Shown here piece after piece: positions 45,916 to 54,481 of a stretch of DNA of 64,000 nt. Source of the stretch: Gammaproteobacteria bacterium. Lineage in GTDB: Bacteria; Pseudomonadota; Gammaproteobacteria; Steroidobacterales; GCA-2729495. The position numbers and the translations under genes are program-made. Position 1 is the stretch's first letter. Every line of letters starts with the position of its first letter. The notes below the pieces were generated by a model. It saw only the letters and a program-made list of their open reading frames with translations. It made no database searches and was not told the origin of the DNA. The DNA lies in the NCBI GenBank assembly GCA_003695765.1, contig RFHQ01000063.1:562-64561 (forward strand), read 5' to 3'.

Positions 45916-47795
45916 GCGAGGCCCGCGAAGCCCCGGCCGGCAGCGGCGACGCTGCGCCGATCACCTATCTCGACGGACTGCGCCTGGACCGGGCCCTGCG
46001 CGCCGGGATCCGCCGCTTGCTGGCCGAGCGCGACGAGATCAACCGGATCAACGTGTTCCCGGTCGCCGACGGCGACACCGGCACGAATCTGGCGCTGACC
46101 ATGGGCAGCATCGCGGCCGCGCTGCGCCAGCAACCGTCGCGCTCGATCGGCCGCCTGCTGATCCGGGTCGCCGACGCCGCACTGGACGGCGCGCGCGGCA
46201 ATTCCGGCGCCATCATCGCGCAGTTCTTCCAGGGGCTGGCCGACCGCATCGGCAAACGCGAGCGCATCGGTAGCGAGGAACTCGCGGACGCGCTGGCGGC
46301 AGCCAATCGCTACGCCCACGATGCACTGGACCGCCCGCTGGAAGGCACCGTGCTGACGGTGATCGGCGACGTGGCCGCCGAGGCTCAGCGGCTGGCCGCC
46401 GACGGCATCGCCGATCTCGCCCGCGTGATGACCGCACTGCAAGCGCGCGCCCGCGAATCGCTGGAGAAGACCCGCACGGGGCTGGAAGCCATGCGCAAGT
46501 CCAACGTCGTCGACGCCGGTGCCCAGGGTTTCGTGCTGCTGCTGGACGGCATGGCCGACTTCGTCGCCCACGGTTCGCTGCGGCAAGTGCCCGACCCGGG
46601 CGAGGTGCTGCCGCCGGAGGAGGAGCTGGAGCTGCCGCCCGACATCGAACCGGCGGACATCGAGTACCGCTTTTGCACCGAGTGCATGGTCACCGGCACG
46701 GCCATCGACCGGCGCAAGCTGCGCGAGGCGCTGACCGAACTCGGCAACAGCATGGTGATCGCCGGCACGCGCAACAAGCTGAAGGTGCACATACACACCA
46801 ACGAGCCGGAGCGGGTCTTCGAGATCGCCGCCCGCCACGGCAGCGTCAGCGCGACCAAGGCGGATGACATGCGCCAGCAGTCACGCACCGTGCGCCAAGG
46901 CGTGCGCGCGGTCGTCGTCTGCGATTCGGCAGCCGATCTGCCCGAATCAGTCTACGAAGAACTGGGCATCCATTTCGTACCCCTGCGCGTGAACTTCGGC
47001 GAACGCAGTTTCATGGACAAGGTCAGCCTGACGCCGCGGGAGTTCTTCGCCCGTGCGGAACGCAGCCCCGAGCCGCCGCGCACCTCGCAACCGGCGCCGG
47101 GCGACTATCGCCGGGTGTTCGAGTTCCTGGCCTCGCACTTCGAGCAGGTGATCGCGATCAGCCTCACCAGCAAGCTCAGCGGCACCTGGCAGGCGGCGGT
47201 CAGCGCGGCGGAGCGCGTCCGTGGCGGGCGGGTCGTGACCGTCGTCGACAGCCGTAGCGCATCGGTTGGCCAGGGACTGATCGCGATGCGGGCAGCCGAG
47301 TGCGCTCAGGCCGGCCTGAGCGGCGACGCGCTGCTCGACGAAGTACGGCGCGCGGTCGAGGAGACCGTCTGCGTCGGCCTCGTGCCCGATCTGACGGCGG
47401 CGGTGCGCGGCGGGCGCATTCCCGGCTGGCTCAAGTGGCTGGCCGAGCACCTCGGCATCGCACCGATGTTCCAGCTCGACCAGCAGGGCCGCCTCGTCAC
47501 CCGTGGCATCGCCCGCGCCGGCGGCGACCTGACGGCCGCGCTGGCGCGCTTCCTGCGCCGCCGCCTGCCGCCGGCCGAGCGTTACCGGGTCGCGATCGGC
47601 CATGCGGCGGATCCGGAGGCGGCGATCCGGCTTGCCGGGCTGGTGCGGGAACAGCTGCCCTGCAAGGGGACGCCGATCGTCGTCGAGGTCAGCGCCGCGC
47701 TCGGCGCGCATGGCGGTCGCGGCATACTCGCCATCGCCGCGCAGCCATGGCGTGAGCCGCCAGCGCAGCCCGAGGGCGATCAGGCATCCGGCTGA
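45912..47795 (+). CDS. Dak2 (FakA-like N-terminal and middle domains) fused to a complete DegV (FakB-like) fatty-acid-binding domain
   Basis: The N-terminal part carries VFPVADGDTGTNL, the CTECMV motif and KVHIHTNEPERV, as in YloV/FakA. The C-terminal part carries VVVCDSAADLP..., GIHFVPLRVNFG and the DegV signature PRTSQPAPGDY. The GTG start overlaps the exeB stop. Confidence 0.85.
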   Translation: MSEAREAPAGSGDAAPITYLDGLRLDRALRAGIRRLLAERDEINRINVFPVADGDTGTNLALTMGSIAAALRQQPSRSIGRLLIRVADAALDGARGNSGAIIAQFFQGLADRIGKRERIGSEELADALAAANRYAHDALDRPLEGTVLTVIGDVAAEAQRLAADGIADLARVMTALQARARESLEKTRTGLEAMRKSNVVDAGAQGFVLLLDGMADFVAHGSLRQVPDPGEVLPPEEELELPPDIEPADIEYRFCTECMVTGTAIDRRKLREALTELGNSMVIAGTRNKLKVHIHTNEPERVFEIAARHGSVSATKADDMRQQSRTVRQGVRAVVVCDSAADLPESVYEELGIHFVPLRVNFGERSFMDKVSLTPREFFARAERSPEPPRTSQPAPGDYRRVFEFLASHFEQVIAISLTSKLSGTWQAAVSAAERVRGGRVVTVVDSRSASVGQGLIAMRAAECAQAGLSGDALLDEVRRAVEETVCVGLVPDLTAAVRGGRIPGWLKWLAEHLGIAPMFQLDQQGRLVTRGIARAGGDLTAALARFLRRRLPPAERYRVAIGHAADPEAAIRLAGLVREQLPCKGTPIVVEVSAALGAHGGRGILAIAAQPWREPPAQPEGDQASG

Positions 47796-48448
47796 AGCTC
47801 GCGGATCAGTTCCGGGCCGTCGTGGCGCGGGTCGTTGACACGACGGCTGACCGGCCAGCAGCGCAGCCGGTCATCGGGGCAGGGGCGCAGCAAGGTCTCG
47901 AGCCGGTCGAGGTCACTGTCCCCGAACCAGGCGTCAAGCTGCGGTGGTGCCAGGACGACCGGCATGCGCCCGTGCAGATCGGCCAGCGTACGGTTGGCCT
48001 CGGTGGTGATGATCGTGCAGCTCTCCAGCCGCTGTTCGCCGCCTTCCCAGCGCTCCCAGAGCCCGGCCATCGCCAGCGGGCGCCCGTCGGCGGCCGATAT
48101 GTACCACGGTTGCTTCGCCCCGTTGCGCGCTTGCCACTCGTAGAAGCCATCGGCCAGGATCACGCAGCGCCGACGCCGGAAGGCCGCCCGGAAGGCCGGT
48201 TTGCTGCGCACGGTCTCCGCGCGTGCATTGATCATGCGATTGCCGATCGCCGGATCCTGCGCCCAGGACGGCACCAGCCCCCAGCGCAGCCAGGCGCCGC
48301 TGCGCTCGCCCGCCGCGCCCGGGCGCAGCGCCACGATGTCCTGGCTCGGCGCGATGTTGTATCGGGGCGGTGGATCGAAACCGAGGTCCACGCCGAAGGT
48401 CTCCAGCACGGCTTCGCGGGGCGAATAGAATGCGAAGCGGCCGCACAT
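47780..48448 (-). CDS. yedK: SOS-response-associated peptidase (SRAP/YedK family), an abasic-site crosslinking protein
   Basis: The N-terminal MCGRF with catalytic Cys2 is present, along with YNIAPSQ, a PMINARAET-like motif (NRMINARAETV), RRCVILADGFYEW and MPVVL. Confidence 0.9.
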   Translation of the reverse strand: MCGRFAFYSPREAVLETFGVDLGFDPPPRYNIAPSQDIVALRPGAAGERSGAWLRWGLVPSWAQDPAIGNRMINARAETVRSKPAFRAAFRRRRCVILADGFYEWQARNGAKQPWYISAADGRPLAMAGLWERWEGGEQRLESCTIITTEANRTLADLHGRMPVVLAPPQLDAWFGDSDLDRLETLLRPCPDDRLRCWPVSRRVNDPRHDGPELIRELQPDA

Positions 48449-48454
48449 GCCCGC

Positions 48455-49228
48455 TTACTCGCGAATGCCGGTGCCGCGGCCGATCAGCCACAGGGCCAGC
48501 GCGAACAGGCCAACCAGGAACAGCAGGATGATTGCGTACGCGGTGCCGATGCCGATATCCGAGACGCCGAGGACGCCGTAGCGAAAGGCATTGATCATGT
48601 ACAGGATGGGATTGAACAGCGAAGCGCGCTGGGCGAATTCGGGCAGCAGGTCGACCGAGTAGAACACTCCGCCCAGATAGGTCAGCGGCGCGAGCACGAA
48701 TGATGGAATGATCGACACGTCGTCGAATTTCCTTGCAAAGACCGCGTTCAGCAAGCCGCCCAGCGAGAACACCATCGATGTCAGCAACACGACGCTGATC
48801 GCGATCCAGGCATTGTGGACCTGCAGCCTCGTGAAGAACAGCGCGATACCGGTGACGACGGCGCCGACGATCAGCCCCCGGGTCACGCCGCCGAGCACAT
48901 GGCCGAGGATGATGGTCCAGTTCGGCATCGGGGAGACGAGCATCTCCTCGAGGTGCCGGTTGTACTTGGCGCTGAAGAACGACGAGACGACATTTCCGTA
49001 GGAGTTGGTGATCACCGACATCATGATCAGCCCCGGGGCGATATAGGCCATGTAGTCGAAACCGCCCATCTGGCCGATGCGCCGCCCGATCAGCGTGCCG
49101 AAGATCACGAAATACAGTGTCATCGTGATCGCCGGCGGCACGATGGTCTGCACCCAGATGCGGATCACGCGCTGGTATTCCTTGTGCGCCAGCGTAAACA
49201 GCGCAATCAGTTGTTCGCGGAGTGTCAT
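48455..49228 (-). CDS. yadH: ABC-2 type transporter permease
   Basis: The sequence is close to E. coli YadH throughout (RIWVQTIVPPAITMTLYF, PGLIMMSVITNSY, LTYLGGVFYS). The ATG at 49226-49228 overlaps the ATPase stop (ATGA). The upstream part of the track ORF is rejected. Confidence 0.9.
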   Translation of the reverse strand: MTLREQLIALFTLAHKEYQRVIRIWVQTIVPPAITMTLYFVIFGTLIGRRIGQMGGFDYMAYIAPGLIMMSVITNSYGNVVSSFFSAKYNRHLEEMLVSPMPNWTIILGHVLGGVTRGLIVGAVVTGIALFFTRLQVHNAWIAISVVLLTSMVFSLGGLLNAVFARKFDDVSIIPSFVLAPLTYLGGVFYSVDLLPEFAQRASLFNPILYMINAFRYGVLGVSDIGIGTAYAIILLFLVGLFALALWLIGRGTGIRE

Positions 49229-50169
49229 TGGCGATGGGCCGCTTCCAGCTGCTCGTCGAGGCTGCGGTCCGTCAGGTGGAAGAACACTTCCTCGAGCCGG
49301 TTGGCCTTGTTGCGCATGCTGATCACGCGGATGCCGGCGTCGCTGAGCCGCTCGAAAGCGGTGTTCAGATCCTGCCCGGCCCGCACCTCGATCTCGATCT
49401 CCTGCTCGCCGAGCCGGGTCGCGCGGTAGCCGTCCAGCGGCGGCAGCGCAGCCAGCGGTTCCGCGGTATTGAGAATGAAGACCTGCTGATGCAGCTTGCG
49501 CAGCACCGACTGCAGGCGGTCGTGTTCGACGATCCGGCCCCGATCGATGATCGCCACGTTGCGGCAGAGGTTCTCGGCTTCCTCGAGATAATGCGTGGTC
49601 AGGATGATCGTCGTGCCGGCGGCGTTGATGTCCTCGAGGAACCGCCACATCGAACGGCGGATCTCGATGTCCACGCCGGCCGTCGGCTCGTCCAGGATCA
49701 GGAGCCGCGGATGATGCACGAGCGCGCGAGCGATCATCAGCCGGCGTTTCATGCCGCCCGACAGGTTGCGCGCGATCTCGCGACGCCGCTCCCACAGCTG
49801 CAGCTGCTCCAGGGCCTCCTGCGCGCGGGCCCGGGCCAGCCGCGGCGGGATGCCGTAGAAGCCGGCCTGGTTGACCAGAATGTTCTGCACGCGATCGAAC
49901 TGGTTCAGGTTGATCTCCTGCGGAACGACGCCGAGACAGGCCTTGGCGGCGGCCATCTCGCGGTCCATGTCGTGGCCGAAGACGCTGATCCGGCCGGCCG
50001 TCTTGTTGACCAGTGAGGTGACGATGCCGATCAGCGTCGTCTTCCCCGCGCCGTTCGGGCCGAGCAAGGCGAAGAAGTCACCAGGGGCGACATCGAGATC
50101 GACGCCGCGCAGCGCCCGCACACCGTTGCGATAGGTCTTGACCAATCCCTGGATGGAGAGCGCCTGCAT
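49225..50169 (-). CDS. yadG: ABC transporter ATP-binding protein
   Basis: Walker A (GPNGAGKTT), the signature (LSGGMKRRL) and Walker B (LLILDEPTAG) are present. It pairs with yadH. Confidence 0.92.
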   Translation of the reverse strand: MQALSIQGLVKTYRNGVRALRGVDLDVAPGDFFALLGPNGAGKTTLIGIVTSLVNKTAGRISVFGHDMDREMAAAKACLGVVPQEINLNQFDRVQNILVNQAGFYGIPPRLARARAQEALEQLQLWERRREIARNLSGGMKRRLMIARALVHHPRLLILDEPTAGVDIEIRRSMWRFLEDINAAGTTIILTTHYLEEAENLCRNVAIIDRGRIVEHDRLQSVLRKLHQQVFILNTAEPLAALPPLDGYRATRLGEQEIEIEVRAGQDLNTAFERLSDAGIRVISMRNKANRLEEVFFHLTDRSLDEQLEAAHRQ

Positions 50170-50239
50170 GGCGGCGCATTGTGCCTACGGCCGGGAAGGA
50201 GGCCAAGCACGGCGACGGCCGCCGCCGCGCATCGGCGGC

Positions 50240-50794
50240 TCAGGCCCGCGCGCCGAGAGCGAGCAGTTCCAGCCGGCAGAGTTCCCGCAAGCCCCGGTCG
50301 CGCTGCCGGGCAGCGCGCAGCAACTGCGGCCACAGCCGCGGATGCCGGCCGAAACGTGCCCGCAGGCGGACCGCCGCGGACGGCGCGGTGAATTCGATCA
50401 GCACGCCGGACTGTGCGGGCGCGCCGTCGCCCAGTCCGAGGCAGAGACGCGCCAGCAGCGGATCCTGCCGCGCGGTCTGCCACAAGTAGGTCTGCAGCAT
50501 AGCCGCATAGACCGCCATCGAGCGGAGCCAGCCGGTCGCGAGGTGCGGTGCCGCCGGATCGGCGACCCGCCCGTCCGAGGCCGGCGCGAGCCCCGCCAGC
50601 AGGCCGGGCAGGCCGGCGATGAAGGCCAGCGCTTCCGGGTCCAGCAGGCGCAGCGCGGCCGCCACACCCGGTTCCAGTTCCAGCAGGCGCCAGCTTTCGG
50701 CCGTGGCCTCCGGGTGCCGGATCAGGTTCAGGAAGGCCCGGTTCAGCTCCTGCAAGTCGCTGAGAAAATGCATATCAGGCGGCTCGTGCCCCAT
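50240..50794 (-). CDS. Hypothetical alpha-helical protein, possibly distantly FlhD-like, divergent from the FlhC-like gene
   Basis: A GAGGA Shine-Dalgarno sequence lies 7 nt before ATG 50792-50794. The N-terminal part (MHFLSDLQELNRAFLNLI...LELEPGVAAALRLLDPEALAFIAGL) loosely follows the FlhD pattern ([20 protein letters not shown]...LGINEEMATTLAALTLPQMVKLA). The function is not established. Confidence 0.6.
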   Translation of the reverse strand: MGHEPPDMHFLSDLQELNRAFLNLIRHPEATAESWRLLELEPGVAAALRLLDPEALAFIAGLPGLLAGLAPASDGRVADPAAPHLATGWLRSMAVYAAMLQTYLWQTARQDPLLARLCLGLGDGAPAQSGVLIEFTAPSAAVRLRARFGRHPRLWPQLLRAARQRDRGLRELCRLELLALGARA

Positions 50795-50917
50795 TTGCGT
50801 ATCCTCGTCGCGTAGCAACAAGATTACCATATATGGGAAATTCGGACCATAAAAGGTAAATTGTTTGTTGATTCGCTTTCAGCGCCCTATTTGGCGTCAA
50901 ACAGGGAGGAAATAAAA
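50795..50917. promoter_or_regulatory. AT-rich divergent promoter region containing the 10-bp palindrome CCATATATGG
   Basis: This is the only clearly AT-rich spacer I noticed in the window. The palindrome lies at 50827-50836. A GGGAGGA Shine-Dalgarno sequence at 50904-50910 precedes the ATG at 50918. Confidence 0.5.
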
Positions 50918-51475
50918 ATGCGCATTACAGATGATCGATATTCAGGCGAACTGGCCCGCTTCGAACTCGCCATGCGCATGATCCGCCTCGAGGCCCGGAC
51001 CGGCACCATCCGGGCCTGCACCGGTTTCAGCGAAGACCGCGTCCGCAAGCTGGTCGGCAGCTACTGTCGCACGGCCGACGGCCTGACGGTCCGGCGCCGG
51101 CGGGGCAAATCGCCGCGCCGCATCGACCGCTTCGTCGGCAATGCCTGGCGCCAGGCCGAGGCCACCCTGCTGGCCCTGCTGTTCGTCTATACCGGCGCGC
51201 TGCGGCTGGCCGGCGGCGAGCTGCGCCCGACACGCGGGATCAGCGCCGTCAGCCTGGGCGAACGGCTCTGCCAGGCCTACGAGACCTACGCGCGGATCAA
51301 GGAACCGGCGAACCTGTCCTTCGAGTGGGCCTGGAGCCTTTATCATGCACTGGTGGCCGGCGGCGAACTGTATTTCAGCTACTGCGACGCTTGCGAGCTT
51401 CCCTATGTGCAGGATCGCTTCGCGCTCGATTACCGCCGTTGCCCAACTTGTGAAATCGTCAGCAGGAAGGAATGA
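50918..51475 (+). CDS. FlhC-family zinc-ribbon transcriptional regulator
   Basis: The 185-aa product aligns by eye with E. coli FlhC. LAMRMIRLEARTG...S.DRVRKL matches LAMELITLGARLQ...SRGRLIKL, and AWSLYHALVAGGEL matches AWTLVRFVESGLL. The C-terminal CDAC-N16-CPTC corresponds to the FlhC Cys4 zinc site. Confidence 0.75.
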   Translation: MRITDDRYSGELARFELAMRMIRLEARTGTIRACTGFSEDRVRKLVGSYCRTADGLTVRRRRGKSPRRIDRFVGNAWRQAEATLLALLFVYTGALRLAGGELRPTRGISAVSLGERLCQAYETYARIKEPANLSFEWAWSLYHALVAGGELYFSYCDACELPYVQDRFALDYRRCPTCEIVSRKE

Positions 51476-51484
51476 GCCGGCGCC

Positions 51485-52438
51485 TTGTCTGAACTGCCAG
51501 TCACTTTCGCGGCCAGCGGCATCGACCGCTGCACCGCGCTGCGCCGTGAACCGGCGCGGCTCGCCGGACTGCTGTCCTCGGCCGCGGCCCGGATCGTGCC
51601 CGTCTGGCAACAGCGCTGCCTCGCCGACGGCAGCGCGGCCCTGCTGCTGCCACCGGCGCAACTGGGCCTCGGCCGCGATGACCTGGCGCGCCTGACGCTG
51701 CTCGGCCGCCGCGGCGACGATGTCCTGTTCGCGATCGACCTCGCGGAGCAGGAAGCGGCCGGGCTGGGCACGGCCCGCTTCCGGCCGCTGCCCGAGCTGA
51801 TGGGGGCGCTGGACGCCGCCGACGCCGCATTGCTCGCCTATGCGCGGGCGATGATCAACTGGCAACGCCAGCACGCCTTCTGCGGCCGGTGCGGCAGCGC
51901 GAACCGCGTCGAGGAAGCCGGCTTCGTCATGGTCTGCTCGCGTTCCGGCTGCGGCGCTCGCAGTTTCCCGCGACTCGACCCGGCGATCATCGTGCTGGTG
52001 CACCGCGGCCGCCGTTGCCTGCTCGGGCGCCAGCCGAACTGGCCCGACGGCCGTTTTTCGACGATTGCCGGCTTCGTCGAGCCCGGCGAGACCCTGGAGG
52101 GTGCGCTGCGCCGGGAGGTCCGCGAGGAGACCGGCATCGAGACCGGTGCCTGCGAATACCTCGGTTCGCAGCCCTGGCCCTTCCCTGCGTCGCTGATGAT
52201 CGGCTTTCACGCCGAGGCGCTCAGCCAGGACATCCGCCTGGCCGACGGCGAGCTCGCCGAGGCGCGCTGGCTCAGCCGGGAGGACATCGCAGCCGGTGCC
52301 GTCACGCTGCCGCCGCAGACCTCGATCGCATTTCGACTGATCGAGCGCTGGTTCGACGCTGGCGGCGGTCGGACCCTGGCCGAACTGGGTCTCGGCGGCC
52401 CGCCGTTGCGCCTGCGCCAGGCGCCGGCGGCCGGCTGA
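51485..52438 (+). CDS. nudC: NAD+ diphosphatase (NADH pyrophosphatase / RNA NAD-decapping Nudix hydrolase)
   Basis: A zinc ribbon (CGRCGS...CSRSGCG) is followed by the Nudix box GFVEPGETLEGALRREVREETGI and the SQPWPFPxS motif. The putative start is TTG. Confidence 0.88.
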   Translation: MSELPVTFAASGIDRCTALRREPARLAGLLSSAAARIVPVWQQRCLADGSAALLLPPAQLGLGRDDLARLTLLGRRGDDVLFAIDLAEQEAAGLGTARFRPLPELMGALDAADAALLAYARAMINWQRQHAFCGRCGSANRVEEAGFVMVCSRSGCGARSFPRLDPAIIVLVHRGRRCLLGRQPNWPDGRFSTIAGFVEPGETLEGALRREVREETGIETGACEYLGSQPWPFPASLMIGFHAEALSQDIRLADGELAEARWLSREDIAAGAVTLPPQTSIAFRLIERWFDAGGGRTLAELGLGGPPLRLRQAPAAG

Positions 52439-52452
52439 GCCGGAGTCACTCG

Positions 52453-53205
52453 ATGTGCCTCGTCGCCGTTGCGGCCTCGGCCCATCCGCGCTGGCCGCTG
52501 CTGGTGCTCGGCAACCGCGACGAGTTCCACGCGCGCCCGTCCGCGGCCGCCGACTGGTGGCCCGACGATACCGGCCTTCTCGGCGGGCGTGACCTGGAAG
52601 CCGGCGGCAGCTGGCTGGCCGTGCGCCGCGATGGGCATTTCGCCGTCATCGCCAATCGCCCGCAGAAAGGCCCGCCGCGTCCGGACAGCCCCAGCCGCGG
52701 CCTGCTGGTCCGCGATTATCTCGCCAGCGGCCTGACGCCCGCGGCCTTCGCCGAATGGCTGCTCGCCCGGCGCCACGAATACGCCGGCTTTTGCCTGGCC
52801 TTCGGCGGGCCCGGCGACCTGCGCCTGATCTGCGAGCCCGGCGGCGAGCCGGAACGGCTGCTGTCCGGCCTGCGGGTGTTCAGCAATGCGCCTGCGGACC
52901 AGCGCTGGCCGAAGGTCGACTACGTCGAGCAGCAACTGCAACAGCTACTCGCCGACCGGCTCCCCGACCCGGAGGCTCTGCTGGCGCCGCTGGAGCGCCG
53001 CGCAGCGCTGCCGGCCAGCGATCCGGCACTGCCCTGGGTCGCGCTGTCGCCATTCGTCACCGGGAAGGACTACGGGACCCGCGCCGTATCGCTGTTCGCC
53101 GTCGGCGCCGATGGCCGCTGTCGCTTCGTCGAGCGCCGTTACGCCGCCGGCGGCCGCCCCGCCGGCGTCGCCGAATTCAGCTTTCCGCTGCGCGCGCCCG
53201 CCTAA
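52453..53205 (+). CDS. NRDE-family (TANGO2-like, DUF833) protein
   Basis: The N-terminal MCL with Cys2, the eponymous LGNRDEF motif and GGTWL-like GGSWLAV are present. Start taken at ATG 52453 inside a longer track ORF. Confidence 0.85.
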   Translation: MCLVAVAASAHPRWPLLVLGNRDEFHARPSAAADWWPDDTGLLGGRDLEAGGSWLAVRRDGHFAVIANRPQKGPPRPDSPSRGLLVRDYLASGLTPAAFAEWLLARRHEYAGFCLAFGGPGDLRLICEPGGEPERLLSGLRVFSNAPADQRWPKVDYVEQQLQQLLADRLPDPEALLAPLERRAALPASDPALPWVALSPFVTGKDYGTRAVSLFAVGADGRCRFVERRYAAGGRPAGVAEFSFPLRAPA

Positions 53206-53878
53206 GCGGGAGCCGGCAACTGCCGCGCCAGGAAGTCACGGATGTCGGCCAGTTCTTCCGGCGTCACCGCATGCATCATCGGGTAGGTCTTCCAGCGGAC
53301 ATCGCAGCCGGCCGCGATGAGGGCATCGCGCGATGCCTCCCCGATCCACAGTGGCAGCACGTGGTCGGCTTCGCCATGCGCCATGAAGATCGGCAGTCGC
53401 TGGTTCGCCGGCTGCAACTCGGCCGGCAGCCGGTCGGGCAACGGCAGATAACAGGACAGCGCCAGCAGCGCAGCCAGCCGTTCCGGGAAGCGCAGCGCGG
53501 TGAACAGCGCCGTCGCGCCGCCCTGCGAGAAACCGGCCAGCACGATACGCTCCGGCGGCACGCCGCGTGCCTGCTCGCGACGGATCAGTTCGCCGATCGC
53601 CTCGGCCGCGGCACGAATGCCGGCTTCGTCCTCCCGGCCCGGGCCGAAGCTGAGGATGTCGTACCAGGCGCGCATGACCATGCCGTTGTTGATCGTCACC
53701 GGCAGCAACGGCGCGTTCGGAAAGACGAAGCGCAACGGCCGGTCCGGCCCGAGATCGAGCGCCGGCACGACCGGTTCGAAGTCATGGGCGTCGGCGCCGA
53801 GGCCGTGCAGCCAGACGATCGACGCGACCGGGTCGGTCCCGGTCGTGTGCTCGAAGGTTTCCAGCGTGGTCGTCGACA
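53202..53878 (-). CDS. Phospholipase/carboxylesterase-family serine hydrolase
   Basis: IVWLHGLGADAHDF, the nucleophile elbow GFSQGG and a late HGEADHVLP are present. Start taken at MSTTTLETF (ATG 53876-53878). Confidence 0.88.
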
Positions 53879-53947
53879 TCGTGGCTCCGGGAACGCGGAG
53901 CGGCGATCTTAGCCGAGGGTCCCGGCAGGCGCAGCCGCGGACCGCGC

Positions 53948-54001
53948 TTGACTCCCGGCGCCGAACTGGTACTATGCGCATCCTTTTTTAATTATGCGCA
54001 T
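53948..54001 (+). promoter_or_regulatory. Candidate sigma-70 promoter (TTGACT-N16-TACTAT) overlapped by two copies of the palindrome ATGCGCAT spaced 20 bp apart; candidate ArgR operator
   Basis: The -35 element is at 53948-53953 and the -10 at 53970-53975. The ATGCGCAT copies are at 53974-53981 and 53994-54001. The region lies immediately upstream of the argR ATG at 54007. Confidence 0.5.
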
Positions 54002-54006
54002 TTCTT

Positions 54007-54456
54007 ATGCCGGTCGCCCGCGACAGACAGCAGCAGCGCCAGCAGGCCATCCGCGAGATCCTCGCCGAGCACCCGGTCGCCCGGCAGGCCGAGATCGTCG
54101 CGCGGCTGAAGGCGCGCGGCATCCCGGCGACCCAGTCCAGCGTCAGCCGGGACCTGCGGCAGATGGGCATCGCCAAGCTGGGAGAGGCCTATGCGCCGGC
54201 GACGGCGGCCGTCAGCGCCGACAACCCGCCGCCGCCGCCGGATTTCGTACGGGAATTGCGCGGCGCCGGCGCCAACCTGCTGGTCCTGAAAACAGCCGTC
54301 GGCGCGGCCGCGAGGGTCGCCGTGTTCCTCGACCGTTCGGGCTGGCCGGAAATCGTGGGCACCGTGTCCGGCGACGACACGATCTTCATCGCCACCGAGT
54401 CGGGCGCGGCGCAGAAACGCCTCGCCGCCCGGCTGCGGTCCCAGTTCAACTGCTGA
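54007..54456 (+). CDS. argR: Arginine repressor
   Basis: The product is 149 aa. The winged-helix region (QAEIVARLKARGIPATQSSVSRDLRQMG) and the C-terminal oligomerisation/arginine-binding region (GTVSGDDTIFIA) are present. Confidence 0.9.
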   Translation: MPVARDRQQQRQQAIREILAEHPVARQAEIVARLKARGIPATQSSVSRDLRQMGIAKLGEAYAPATAAVSADNPPPPPDFVRELRGAGANLLVLKTAVGAAARVAVFLDRSGWPEIVGTVSGDDTIFIATESGAAQKRLAARLRSQFNC

Positions 54457-54481
54457 GGCAGTCCAGCAACGAGCAGACAGC

